From Trueperaceae bacterium (GTDB taxonomy: Bacteria > Deinococcota > Deinococci > Deinococcales > Trueperaceae): a DNA stretch of 64,000 bases. A model generated the notes under the pieces. The model did not search any database and was not told the origin of the DNA. It saw only the letters and a list, made by a program, of their open reading frames with translations. The stretch is from the NCBI GenBank assembly GCA_034521815.1, contig JAXHLW010000013.1, positions 448,001-512,000 of the forward strand, given 5' to 3'. The position numbers and the translations under genes were made by a program. Positions 52,943 to 62,205 of this stretch are shown here, piece after piece (the stretch's first letter is position 1; every line of letters starts with the position of its first letter).

Positions 52943-54238
52943 ATGCACGACGACCCCACGCCACGAGATTCCGACGGCGGCCGTGTCGGCGAGCGCCGCG
53001 ACGCGCTCCCGGTGCCCCTGCCCGACGTCCCACCCCGCCGCCGCGGGGTTCGTGGCGTCACGCTGGGCCTGCTGGCGCTGCTGGCGCTCGTCGGCGTGCT
53101 CGCGCCACGGCTGATCACCTCCCCCGAGCCGGAGCTGCAACGCGTTCAGGCCGCTCCGCCCGACCCGGTCGCGCCGCAAGGCGCGCTGGCCGAGGCGTTC
53201 AAGGTCGCTCGTCCTGCCGCGTTGCGGATCGAGGCGCGCTGCGACGGCGCGTTCCGTGGCGGACCGCTGGGGGTCGGCAGCGGCTTCTACGTCAGCCCCG
53301 AGGGCGACGTGCTCACCGCGTACCACGTCGTCGAGGGCGACGCCAACGCGATCTGTCCGATCCGCTACGTGGCGGTCGAGGCGGACGGCGACGAGCTCGA
53401 GCTCGAGCTCGTGGGCTTCGACGCCTACTTCGACCTGGCGTGGATGCGCGCGGATGTCGCGGGCGAGGTTCCCTACCTGCCGCTCGCCGAGCGCTCGCCT
53501 CGGCCCGGGACCGAGGTCGTCGCCATCGGCAACAGCCGAGGGGACGTCCTTGCGCCGAGGGCCGGGCGCGTCAGCCGGCTCGGGGTGCGGGCCAGTCGCG
53601 CGGACTTCGCGGACGGCACGATCGAGCTCACCGCTGCGCTGGCGCCCGGCGATTCGGGAGGGCCGGTCGTCACCGCCGCGGGCGAGGCGGTGGGGGTGGT
53701 GAGCTACATCAGCTTCACGCCGGGCTCGTTGCGATCGGACGCCTACGTTCCGCCGTTCCTGCAGGGGCTGTCGTTGCCCAGCGAGTTCGCGTCGTACGCC
53801 GTGCCCATCACGGCCGAAGGCGACCTGGTCACGGCGCTCAGGGTCGGCGAGCAGCGCGACGTGCCGGTGATCGGCTTCTCGTGGCGGCCAGGGTTCGACT
53901 ACGAGCCATCCGCCGGGGATCGGTCGTTCGGCGTGCGGCCGGGGCCCGTGGTCGTGAGCGTCGCCCCGGGCGGTCCCGCGGACGATGCCGGCCTGCGCTC
54001 GTACAGCGAACGGCCGGTGTACGACGACGACGGCGATCTGATCGAAGTGGAGCGCGAGGCCGACGTGATCGTCGCCGTCGACGGGGAGCCCACGCCCACG
54101 TTCTACGCGTTGCTCGAGACGATCCGTCGCAAGGGCATCGGCGAGACGGTGTCGTTGACCGTGCAGCGGGGCCGGACCACCGTGCGTCTGGAGCTGGAGC
54201 TCGGCGCGAAGCGGGACGTGTTCGCCTCGCCCCGTTGA
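52943..54238 (+). CDS. HtrA/S1C serine protease with PDZ domain and N-terminal TM helix
   Basis: GSGF, TAYHVV, DLA, PGDSGGP, PGGPADDAGL. Confidence 0.92.
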   Translation: MHDDPTPRDSDGGRVGERRDALPVPLPDVPPRRRGVRGVTLGLLALLALVGVLAPRLITSPEPELQRVQAAPPDPVAPQGALAEAFKVARPAALRIEARCDGAFRGGPLGVGSGFYVSPEGDVLTAYHVVEGDANAICPIRYVAVEADGDELELELVGFDAYFDLAWMRADVAGEVPYLPLAERSPRPGTEVVAIGNSRGDVLAPRAGRVSRLGVRASRADFADGTIELTAALAPGDSGGPVVTAAGEAVGVVSYISFTPGSLRSDAYVPPFLQGLSLPSEFASYAVPITAEGDLVTALRVGEQRDVPVIGFSWRPGFDYEPSAGDRSFGVRPGPVVVSVAPGGPADDAGLRSYSERPVYDDDGDLIEVEREADVIVAVDGEPTPTFYALLETIRRKGIGETVSLTVQRGRTTVRLELELGAKRDVFASPR

Positions 54239-54312
54239 GGGGCGCGTCCGACGCCGTCGACGCTGGTCCGACACGGTCGCGCCCCCGCAGGTATACGGGG
54301 GCGCGACCTTCG

Positions 54313-54389
54313 TGGTGGGCGATGGTGGACTCGAACCACCGACCTCGTCGTTATCAGCGACGCGCTCTAACCAACTGAGCTAATCGCCC
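54313..54389 (-). tRNA. tRNA-Ile (GAT)
   Basis: GGGCGATTAGCTCAGTTGG...CGTCG-CT-GAT-AA-CGACG...GGTTCGAGTCC...TCGCCCACCA; 77 nt with encoded CCA. Confidence 0.97.
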
Positions 54390-54403
54390 GGGCAGCGAGC
54401 GGA

Positions 54404-54432
54404 AGTCTAGCACCTGGTCTCTAGGCGGTCAA
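54404..54432 (-). promoter_or_regulatory. sigma70-like promoter of tRNA-Ile
   Basis: TTGACC-N17-TAGACT with a TG extension. Confidence 0.75.
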
Positions 54433-54492
54433 CCGCGTGCCCGACGCCTGGTAGCCTCCTCGGCATGAGCGCTCGCGACGACGCGTCGGACG

Positions 54493-55617
54493 GTGTCTCG
54501 GCCCGGTTGGGCGACCCGCTGGGCACACGCGGTCGAGCGCCGCGTCGATGCCTTCGTGGCTCGACTGCGGCGGCGGCGAGGCGACGGGATCGTGCAGCCG
54601 TACCTCGGCTACGGCTGTGGACGCAGCGTCCGCGTGCGGGCTCGGGTTCTACGGGAGACGGCCCTGCGTCCCTCGCTGCCGGGTGACGGCTGGAGCACGA
54701 ACGTGGTGGCTGCCTTGCGCCGATTCGCCAGCGCCGAGATCGCCGGTGCCGACGTCGCGATCGAGGTCGTCGCAGCGGCCGCCGACGGGCGTCGGCTGGC
54801 CGCCGAGGTCGTCGCGCGCGCCGATCGGGAGGGGCACCTCGACGTGATCGTCGAGCTGCCGGCCCAGGCCGCTGCAGGCTGGGCGACCGTCCGCTACCGT
54901 CTGCTCGACCCGGCGCCACGGACGCCGCGCCCGACGACGTTCGACGGTCTGGCGCTGATTCCCTCGGACGACGCGCCGTTCGGCGTGATCAGCGACCTGG
55001 ACGACACGGTTCTCGTCAGCGACGCGACGCGGCTGGTGAGGCTGGTGCAGCGCACGCTGCTCCAGAACGTGCACCATCGCTTGCCGTTTCCCGGGGTGGC
55101 AGCGCTGTATCGCGCCTTCGCCGAGACCGGGGCGCCCCTGTTCTACGTCAGCTCCAGTCCGTGGAACCTGTACCTGCCGCTGTCGCGCTTCCTGGAGCTG
55201 AACGGCGTCCCGGCGGGACCGTTGATGCTGCGCGACTGGGGCCTCGAGCTGGACGCGTCGGCGGGACGCGGGCACGCAGGTCACAAGCTGGGCGAGATCG
55301 AGGCGATCCTGGACGCCTGTCCCAGGCTTCGTTTCCTCCTGATCGGCGACTCCGGCCAGGAGGACCCGGAGATCTACGCTCGCCTGGTGGCGACCCGACC
55401 AGGACGCGTGGCAGGCGTGCTGATCCGCCACGTCGCCGGCCCCGAGCGGGCGGCGGAGGTGGACGAGCTCGCACGCGGCGTCGCGAGCGCCGGCGTTCCG
55501 TTCGAGCGCGTCGACGATTCGGCCCAGGCCGCCCGGATCGCGGCCGAGGCCGGCTGGATCGATCCGCGAGCCCGCGCGTCGGTCGAGGCCGCGAGTCGCT
55601 CGGGCGCGTCCTCGTGA
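54493..55617 (+). CDS. App1/DUF2183-family phosphatidate phosphatase-like protein (start uncertain)
   Basis: ISDLDDTV, FYVSSSPWNLY, GPLMLRDWG, LIGDSGQEDPEIY. Confidence 0.85.
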   Translation: MSRPGWATRWAHAVERRVDAFVARLRRRRGDGIVQPYLGYGCGRSVRVRARVLRETALRPSLPGDGWSTNVVAALRRFASAEIAGADVAIEVVAAAADGRRLAAEVVARADREGHLDVIVELPAQAAAGWATVRYRLLDPAPRTPRPTTFDGLALIPSDDAPFGVISDLDDTVLVSDATRLVRLVQRTLLQNVHHRLPFPGVAALYRAFAETGAPLFYVSSSPWNLYLPLSRFLELNGVPAGPLMLRDWGLELDASAGRGHAGHKLGEIEAILDACPRLRFLLIGDSGQEDPEIYARLVATRPGRVAGVLIRHVAGPERAAEVDELARGVASAGVPFERVDDSAQAARIAAEAGWIDPRARASVEAASRSGASS

Positions 55618-55666
55618 CGTGCCGCCTCGTGACGTGCCGCCTCGTGACGTGCCGATCGACGTGCCG
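55610..55666 (+). repeat. 15-nt tandem repeat x3 plus a partial unit (CCTCGTGACGTGCCG) spanning the stop codon
   Basis: Perfect units at 55610, 55625 and 55640. Confidence 0.95.
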
Positions 55667-55724
55667 AGGAGGGCATGGACCCTCGCCTACGGACGGTCCG
55701 AAAACGCGCGTGTAGCATGCGCCC

Positions 55725-56756
55725 ATGGTCCGAACCGTTCGACTCGCCAAGCCGCGCGGCTTCTGCGCCGGGGTGGTCATGGCCATCGACGCCGTCGAGG
55801 AGGCCGCGAGCGAGAACCGCGACGCGGGACGCGGCGATCTGGCCGTCTACCACGCGATCGTTCACAACGACACCGTCGTCGATCGACTGGAGCGCGAGCA
55901 TCGGGTGCACGTCGTCGAGGATCTCGCGTCGCTGGACGAGGTCCGGGAACGCATCGAGCGCTCGGGAGGCCGCCTCGACCCGACGGTCGTGTTCAGCGCG
56001 CACGGCGTGTCGCCCGCCGTGCGTGCGCAGGCACGCGAGCTGGGCTTGACCACGATCGACGCGACCTGCCCGTTGGTCACGAAGGTGCACAGCGAGTCGA
56101 AACGGTACGCCCGCGAGGGCTACCACATCCTGCTGATCGGCGATTCGAGCCGGCACCAAGAGGTGGTCGGGACCCGCGGCGAGGCGCCCGAAGCGACCAC
56201 GGTCGTGTCCGTCTTGGGCAACCGCAAGGACGATCCGGAGCTGGCCGATCCGCACACGGTCGAGGTGCCCGATCCGGCCAAGGTCGTCGTGCTGACGCAG
56301 ACGACCCTGTCGGTCGACGACACGATGCGCACCATCGCGCTGCTGCGCGAGCGGTTTCCCGCCCTCGTCGTCCCGTCGAGGGACGATCTGTGCTACGCGA
56401 CGAAGAACCGCCAGGACGCCGTCCGCGCGATCGCGGCGGAGGTCGACGCGTTCGTGGTCGTCACCAGCGACTACAGCAGCAACGGCATGCGGTTGCTGGA
56501 GCTGGCCGAGCGGCTCGTGGGGCGCGCTTACCGGGTCGAGAGCGCCGGCGATCTGGATCCGGCCTGGTTCGACGACGTCGCGTCCGTCGGCGTCAGCTCT
56601 GCGGCGTCGACGCCGGACGACCTGGTGGAGGGGGTGGTGGCCTGGTTCCGTGACCGGAATCCGGACCTCGAGCTGGTCGAGGAGGGCGAGTGGGAGGACA
56701 TCGCGTTCCGCAAGCCCAAGCGCGTACCGCCGCCGACCGCCGCCGACGGCCCGTGA
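55725..56756 (+). CDS. ispH: 4-hydroxy-3-methylbut-2-enyl diphosphate reductase
   Basis: [46 protein letters not shown]6-ATG. Confidence 0.96.
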   Translation: MVRTVRLAKPRGFCAGVVMAIDAVEEAASENRDAGRGDLAVYHAIVHNDTVVDRLEREHRVHVVEDLASLDEVRERIERSGGRLDPTVVFSAHGVSPAVRAQARELGLTTIDATCPLVTKVHSESKRYAREGYHILLIGDSSRHQEVVGTRGEAPEATTVVSVLGNRKDDPELADPHTVEVPDPAKVVVLTQTTLSVDDTMRTIALLRERFPALVVPSRDDLCYATKNRQDAVRAIAAEVDAFVVVTSDYSSNGMRLLELAERLVGRAYRVESAGDLDPAWFDDVASVGVSSAASTPDDLVEGVVAWFRDRNPDLELVEEGEWEDIAFRKPKRVPPPTAADGP

Positions 56757-57892
56757 CGGTCGCGCCCCGGGCGGGAAGCCCGGTGCTGTCGGTGGCGCCG
56801 ATGATGGGGTGGACCGACCGATCGTACCGGCGGATGATGCGGCGGATCACCCGGCGAACGCTGCTGTACACCGAGATGGTCACGACCGGGGCGCTGCTTC
56901 ACGGCGACGCCGCGAGGCTGTTGGCGCGGAGCGAGGAGACCTCGCCGCTGGCGTTGCAGCTGGGAGGGGAGGACGCGCGGGCGTTGGCGCGATGCGCAGC
57001 GATGGCGGAAGCGGCGGGGTACGACGAGGTGAACCTCAACGTCGGGTGTCCCTCGGAGCGGGTGCAGCGGGGCAGGTTCGGGGCGTGCCTGATGGCCGAG
57101 CCGAACGTCGTCGCGGACGCCGTCCGGGCGATGCGCGACGCGACCGCCCTGCCGGTCACGGTGAAGCACCGGATCGGCATCGACGATCTCGACGACTATG
57201 AGCACCTGCTCCGGTTCGTGGACGTCGTCGCGGCGGCCGGTGCCGATCGCCTCACGATTCACGCCCGCAAAGCGTGGCTGCAGGGTCTCAGCCCGAAGCA
57301 GAATCGGGAGGTGCCCCCGCTCCGGCACGACGAGGTCCATCGGCTGGCCGCCGAGCGTCCCGACCTGATCGTCGAGACGAACGGCGGAATCCGGGATCTG
57401 GACAGCGCCGCCGCCCACCTGGCGCACGTGGACGCGGTGATGATCGGCCGCGCCGCGTACGAGGCGCCGATGACGCTGGCGACGGCCGATCGACGCATGT
57501 TCGGTGCCGCGTCGACGGTTCCGTCGTTGCGGGACGTGATCGAGGGGATGCGCGAGGTGATCATCGACGAGCTGGCACGCGGGACACGCCTGGCCACGGT
57601 GGTGCGGCCGATGATCGGATTGGCCCGCGGCGTGCCCGGCGCGCGTCGTTGGCGACGGGCGTTGACGGAGGGCGCGGTGCGTCGCGGCGCGGGCCCCGAG
57701 CTGATCGACGAGGCGCTCGCTCAGCTCCCGGACGCCGTGTTGGACGCCCGTCAGGATCCGGGTCCGGGCGCGCGCCCACGCGCCCGTCAGGCGGGCGAGA
57801 CGCGGAGCTCCGTTCCGCGTGGAATCGCCCAGGCCGAGGCCGCATCGCCGTCGCGCAGCGCTACCTCGACCGTTCCGAGCGATCCGAGGTAG
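56753..57892 (+). CDS. dusA: tRNA-dihydrouridine synthase A
   Basis: [48 protein letters not shown]. Confidence 0.93.
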   Translation: MTVAPRAGSPVLSVAPMMGWTDRSYRRMMRRITRRTLLYTEMVTTGALLHGDAARLLARSEETSPLALQLGGEDARALARCAAMAEAAGYDEVNLNVGCPSERVQRGRFGACLMAEPNVVADAVRAMRDATALPVTVKHRIGIDDLDDYEHLLRFVDVVAAAGADRLTIHARKAWLQGLSPKQNREVPPLRHDEVHRLAAERPDLIVETNGGIRDLDSAAAHLAHVDAVMIGRAAYEAPMTLATADRRMFGAASTVPSLRDVIEGMREVIIDELARGTRLATVVRPMIGLARGVPGARRWRRALTEGAVRRGAGPELIDEALAQLPDAVLDARQDPGPGARPRARQAGETRSSVPRGIAQAEAASPSRSATSTVPSDPR

Positions 57893-58617
57893 GCGACCGG
57901 CTCTCCGGGCGCGACGGAGGCGAATCCCGCAGCAGGTCCCGGCACGCTGCGCCCCGCCACCCGGACCACCCAGCGCCCGCTAGGAAGACGGTCGGCAGGC
58001 ACGTCGCTGACGAGGTCGCCGAAACGATCGATCCAGACCACGCGTCCCGTCCAGGCGTCGCCCTCGTGGGTGAGCTCGGGCGTGGCGGACGTCGTCAGCT
58101 GCGCCGTCCCGACCTGCTCGCCCAGCGTGTCGGCATCGTCGCCTCGGGCCAGGCGAGCGGCTGCGGGCGCGAACAGGTCGCGGCCATCGAACGTCGTGCC
58201 CGGTCCACGGGGCGCCAGCGCCGCTGGATCGATCCGCCAGGCACGCTGGGCCCGCGCGGCGCTGGCGTACGGCGCTCGGTCGTCGCGCAGCAGCATGGTC
58301 AGCAGACCGTTGTCGGGCGCGACCGCCCAGAGCCCCCTGCCGTCCGGGTGCGCCGCGCGGACGACGATGGCGTGCCGGTCGGTCCCGACGCCGGGATCCA
58401 CGACCGCGCAGACCACCGCACCGTCCGGAAGCCAAGGCAGCGCGGCCGCGAGCTGGATCCGGGCTCCCGTCAGGTCTTGCGGCGGCAGCTCGTGGAGCAG
58501 GTCGTGAACGGCGGAACGGGGGGCGAGGCCGGCCACGACGGCGCGCATGACACCCACGTAGGCGTCGCGTAGACCGAAGTCGCTGAGCAGGAACAGGGGA
58601 GCGGTCGGGCTCTGCAT
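57787..58617 (-). CDS. SAM hydroxide adenosyltransferase / DUF62 family
   Basis: LSDFG..D.YVGVM, VVDPGVGT.R, APDNGLL, TF.GRDLFAP, IDRFG; TACGCT-N6-ATG. Confidence 0.88.
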   Translation of the reverse strand: MQSPTAPLFLLSDFGLRDAYVGVMRAVVAGLAPRSAVHDLLHELPPQDLTGARIQLAAALPWLPDGAVVCAVVDPGVGTDRHAIVVRAAHPDGRGLWAVAPDNGLLTMLLRDDRAPYASAARAQRAWRIDPAALAPRGPGTTFDGRDLFAPAAARLARGDDADTLGEQVGTAQLTTSATPELTHEGDAWTGRVVWIDRFGDLVSDVPADRLPSGRWVVRVAGRSVPGPAAGFASVAPGEPVAYLGSLGTVEVALRDGDAASAWAIPRGTELRVSPA

Positions 58618-58703
58618 GAGCGCAGCGTACCGGGCGGCTCGGACCGCGTTCGCGGCGAGCGTGGCTCCCGGAAGAGCGCTCGGCCCGTGCTAGGCTCTCC
58701 GCC

Positions 58704-59081
58704 ATGGAACGATGGCTGCGAGGGATCCGGGGTGCGACCACGGTCGAGCGGGACGAGCCGGGGCTGATCCTCGAAGCGACGCGCGAGCTGCTCGTCACCA
58801 TGCTCGAGTCCAACGGCGTGTCGGATCACGAGGTGATCGCGTCGATCTTCTTCACGACGACGCCGGACCTGGTGTCGACCTTTCCCGCCGAGGCGGCGCG
58901 CGAGCTGGGTATGGACATGGTTCCCCTGATCTGCAACCAGGAGATCCCGGTCCCGGGTCGGCTGCCGAGGGCTGTGCGGGTGATGATGCAGGTGAACACC
59001 CGGCGGCGGCAACGGGAGATGAAGCACGTGTACCTGCGGGGCGCTGCGGCCCTGCGTCCAGACCTGATCAGCGCGCAGTAG
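58704..59081 (+). CDS. aroH: chorismate mutase, AroH class
   Basis: RGIRGATTV, FPAEAAR, HVYLRGAAALRPD; TAGGCT-N7-ATG. Confidence 0.95.
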   Translation: MERWLRGIRGATTVERDEPGLILEATRELLVTMLESNGVSDHEVIASIFFTTTPDLVSTFPAEAARELGMDMVPLICNQEIPVPGRLPRAVRVMMQVNTRRRQREMKHVYLRGAAALRPDLISAQ

Positions 59082-59102
59082 GCGCGGCCCCACCGCGGCG
59101 CT

Positions 59103-59276
59103 TCAGAACAGCGCTGCGGCGCTGCGGCGGAGCGATGCGAGCAGGTGGTCCCAACGGTTCGGCGAGGCGATCGGTCGTGGTTCCGCGGACCGGCGATGAG
59201 GCCGGGGCGTCGCGATCGTGCGTTCCGAGTGGCGTTCGCGGGCATCGCGGAACGGACGGTCTGGATGCGTAAGCAT
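59103..59276 (-). CDS. small hypothetical protein (57 aa), apparent target of the adjacent ArsR regulator
   Basis: GGAGG-N6-ATG below a near-consensus promoter; MLTHPDRPFRD...NRWDHLLASLRRSAAALF. Confidence 0.55.
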   Translation of the reverse strand: MLTHPDRPFRDARERHSERTIATPRPHRRSAEPRPIASPNRWDHLLASLRRSAAALF

Positions 59277-59341
59277 CGGCAACCTCCAATGCATGAAGCA
59301 TAATCGGTGATCTACGATGCTGTCAATAGGCACACACCGAT
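59275..59341 (-). promoter_or_regulatory. promoter TTGACA-N18-TATGCT overlapped by three ATxG-N8-CRAT operators
   Basis: -35 at 59321-59326, -10 at 59297-59302; palindromes at 59275, 59303 and 59326. Confidence 0.72.
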
Positions 59342-59342
59342 C

Positions 59343-60383
59343 CTATTCGTGCCCGATATCGCTCCGAGGCTCGTGCAGGACCGACGCGAGCGCGTCGAGC
59401 ACGGCACGCCCGGCGTCGGCCTCGAACGTCGGAAAGCTCCGGTTCCCTCTCCGCTCGACGCGGACGAGCCCCGCTTCGCGCAGCTGCTTCAGGTGCCCCG
59501 AGACCGTGGGCTGACTGACGCCCAGCTGCCGGGCGAGATCGCCGACCGTCAGCGGCGTCGTGGGATAGCCCGCCAGCAAGCTGAGCAGCATGAGACGGGT
59601 CGGATCGGCGAGCGCCTTGGCCCGCCTCGCGACCTCCGCGACGCGCTCCTCGGTCCGCGCATGCACGTGCTCCGACTGCAGGCCGAATCCCAGCGCCGCG
59701 CGCTCGTCGGACTGCACGTGGAAGCCGCCGCCCGCGGCCAAGGCCAGTGGAACGATCCACAACCGACCGGCCTCGGCGTCGGCGCGCACCTTCGCGGCCA
59801 GGCTCTCGAACTGCGCGAAGCTGTGTTCCGGCAGGGCGCGCAGCACGTCGTCGGCACCGGCCAGCCGCTGCCGCACGCGAGCTGCGGCGGCCTCCGTGGC
59901 GGCGCGGCCCTCGCCCTCCCAGTACGGCCCGACCTCGCGCCAGAGCGCGCGCAGCGTCGAGCTCACGCGGGAAGGCCAGCCTGGGTCCGCGCGATCGACG
60001 ATCCACCTCCGCTGCGCGTCTGGAAGCTCGGACGCGGCGTCCGACGCCAGCGACGCGCGAAGTCGCGCCTCGAGGTCGGGAAGGTCGTCGATGAACCGGC
60101 GCGGGTCGTCGTCCCAGACGTAGCCGTGGTCCATCGCCAGGCCGAAGAGAACGAACGCCGGGCCGGCCTCGGCGGTTCGGTCGCCCAGCGCCGCGGCCTC
60201 CGCGGCGACGCCGGGCGCATCGCGCAGCAGTCGCTCCGTCCAAGGGGGAAGGTCCTGCGGGCTGCGTGTCGCGCCGTTCAGGTAGAAGCAGCCGTACACG
60301 AGATCCAAGGTGGCGGAGGGCGCCACGACGAGGCGAGCGCCGCTACGGCCGGTGGTGTCGACGGACAGGATGCCGTTGTCCAT
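59343..60383 (-). CDS. ArsR/SmtB-family regulator with large N-terminal domain and C-terminal HTH
   Basis: KALADPTRLMLL..TVGDLARQLGVSQPTVSGHLKQLREAGLV. Confidence 0.88.
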   Translation of the reverse strand: MDNGILSVDTTGRSGARLVVAPSATLDLVYGCFYLNGATRSPQDLPPWTERLLRDAPGVAAEAAALGDRTAEAGPAFVLFGLAMDHGYVWDDDPRRFIDDLPDLEARLRASLASDAASELPDAQRRWIVDRADPGWPSRVSSTLRALWREVGPYWEGEGRAATEAAAARVRQRLAGADDVLRALPEHSFAQFESLAAKVRADAEAGRLWIVPLALAAGGGFHVQSDERAALGFGLQSEHVHARTEERVAEVARRAKALADPTRLMLLSLLAGYPTTPLTVGDLARQLGVSQPTVSGHLKQLREAGLVRVERRGNRSFPTFEADAGRAVLDALASVLHEPRSDIGHE

Positions 60384-60401
60384 TGGTCTCTGCCGATCCT
60401 A
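60382..60401 (-). promoter_or_regulatory. ArsR autoregulatory operator over its own -10 and start codon
   Basis: ATTG-gtctctgc-CGAT at 60382-60397; TAGGAT -10 at 60396-60401. Confidence 0.6.
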
Positions 60402-60454
60402 GCAGTCGACCAGCCGTGACGCACGTCGTCCGCGGCGACGTACCCGTCGGCGGC

Positions 60455-60736
60455 TCAATCCCACTCGGCCACGGGGATCAGCTCGCCTCCGTCGACCGTC
60501 GCGACCTTGACCTTGTGTCCGCGGTTCAGGGTCACTTCGAGCACGGCCTGGTCGAACGACTCGGGTCCGACGAGCGCCTTGCGCACGAAGTAGCCGCCGT
60601 CGACCGAGCTCATCTCGCTGGTCTTCGACAGCCGCACGTGAATCGTCTCGCCGTTGCGCTGGGTACGGACCCGCGCGAGCAGCGCGTTGCCCTCGTCCTT
60701 GAACCGAGGATCCTGACGACGGAAGAGGCCGAACAT
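60455..60736 (-). CDS. conserved hypothetical protein (93 aa)
   Basis: TAGGAT-N6-ATG; GC-ending codons; beta-rich sequence. Confidence 0.72.
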   Translation of the reverse strand: MFGLFRRQDPRFKDEGNALLARVRTQRNGETIHVRLSKTSEMSSVDGGYFVRKALVGPESFDQAVLEVTLNRGHKVKVATVDGGELIPVAEWD

Positions 60737-60879
60737 GGCGGTATCCTACCGCACGGGTCCGGGCGCCCGGACCCCCCACGTGTTCCGCGGGTCGGTTACG
60801 AGCTCGCAGGGAAGGGAGCTGCCATGTGGATCGGAGTCGCCGCACGCGGCCTCCTGCGCCTCGACCGCAGAGGAGATCC

Positions 60880-62205
60880 GTGACGTCCTCCACCAGATCC
60901 GCCAGAGCGGTGCTGGGAGCCGCGTTCGACGCCGCCGTGCGGGCGGCCGATCCAGCTCGCGTGCTGGTCGACGCGTGGCCGGACCCCCCGCGGGGGCAGG
61001 TCCTGGTGCTGGGCATGGGCAAGGCGGCCGTGAAGATGGCCGCCGCGGCCGAGGCCCACTACCGCGCCGTCGGCGTGCGCGTCCGCGGCGCCGTGTCGGC
61101 CCCGCACGGCAGCGTCGAGCGATCCGACACGGCGCCGACCACGATCGAGGTGCTCGCGGCCGGTCACCCCGTGCCCGACGCGGGCTCCGAGGTCGCCGGC
61201 AGGCGCCTCTTGCAGCTCGCTGCCCACGCCGTGGCCGACGACCTGGTGCTGGTCCTGGTGTCGGGCGGGGGGAGCGCCCTGGCCACGGTGCCCGACGGCG
61301 TGACGCGTGAGCAGCTCGCCGGGCTGAGCCGTGAGCTTCTCGCCTCCGGCGCCGACATCCGCGAGATGAACGTCGTCCGGCGTCGCCTCGACGCGATCAA
61401 AGGGGGACGGCTGGCGGCTGCGGCGCATCCCGCGCAGGTCGCAGCGTTGATCGTCTCCGACGTCGTCGGCGACGATCCGCTGGACATCGCATCGGGGCCC
61501 ACCGTCGGCGATCCTGGCGAGGCCCGTGCGGCGCTCGACGTCCTGGACCGGTACGGCGTCGCGGCACCGGCCGCTCGTGACGCCTTGCGGGCCGAGGCCG
61601 AGGGGCGCCGCGACGGTCCGCCGCGCCCGGACGACCCACGCCTCGCGCGGTGCCGGACGACGATCGTCGCGTCCGGATCCACCGGGCTGGCTGCCGCTCG
61701 CGAGGTGTTCGAGGCGGCCGGCGTGCCGACCCGTCTGCTGTCCGCCGAGGTCGTCGGCGACGCCCGCGAGGCGGGACGTCGCCACGCCCGCGAAGCGGCG
61801 TCCGTGTTGGAGCACGGCCGGCTGCTCGACGGGTCGTCGTGCCGCCCCCCGGTCGTGCTTCTCTCGGGCGGCGAGACCACCGTTCACGTGCGCGGCGAGG
61901 GCCGTGGCGGACGAAACAGCACCTTCGCGCTGGCGCTGGCGCTGGCGCTCCCGAGCGGCGCCCCGGTGCACGCTCTCGCCGCCGACAGCGACGGCATCGA
62001 CGGCGTCGGCGGCCACGCCGGCGCGTTCGTGGACCCCGGCCTGTTCGAGCGGATTCCGCGGGAGGAGGCGCGTGCTCTGGACGCGAGCGACGACTCGTAC
62101 GCCGCGTTCGAGCGGGCAGGCGGCCTGTTCACGACCGGTCCGACCGGCACCAACGTGAACGACCTGCGCTTCGTCTGGGTCCACGCCTGGAACGAGACGC
62201 GATGA
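60880..62205 (+). CDS. glycerate 2-kinase (TtuD/MOFRL family)
   Basis: GMGKAA, GHPVPD, SGGGSAL, KGGRL, SDVVGD, SGGETTV, GRGGRN, SDGIDG, TGTNVND. Confidence 0.93.
   Translation: MTSSTRSARAVLGAAFDAAVRAADPARVLVDAWPDPPRGQVLVLGMGKAAVKMAAAAEAHYRAVGVRVRGAVSAPHGSVERSDTAPTTIEVLAAGHPVPDAGSEVAGRRLLQLAAHAVADDLVLVLVSGGGSALATVPDGVTREQLAGLSRELLASGADIREMNVVRRRLDAIKGGRLAAAAHPAQVAALIVSDVVGDDPLDIASGPTVGDPGEARAALDVLDRYGVAAPAARDALRAEAEGRRDGPPRPDDPRLARCRTTIVASGSTGLAAAREVFEAAGVPTRLLSAEVVGDAREAGRRHAREAASVLEHGRLLDGSSCRPPVVLLSGGETTVHVRGEGRGGRNSTFALALALALPSGAPVHALAADSDGIDGVGGHAGAFVDPGLFERIPREEARALDASDDSYAAFERAGGLFTTGPTGTNVNDLRFVWVHAWNETR

Noticed and set aside
54238-54389. tRNA-Ile as the attachment site of an integrated element
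   Set aside because: No integrase, no duplicated tRNA 3' end seen, and housekeeping genes on both sides.
56753-57892. dusA-associated integrative element
   Set aside because: dusA is intact, coupled to ispH, and has no integrase nearby.
57787-58617. Fluorinase or chlorinase call
   Set aside because: The motifs support only the broad DUF62 family; there is no halometabolite cluster context.
60740-60879. Purine, ZTP or PRPP riboswitch upstream of the operon ending in purEK
   Set aside because: No recognisable consensus elements.
61927-61950. GCGCTG hexamer run (ALALALAL)
   Set aside because: It encodes an ordinary hydrophobic helix segment, so I did not count it among the micro-duplications.
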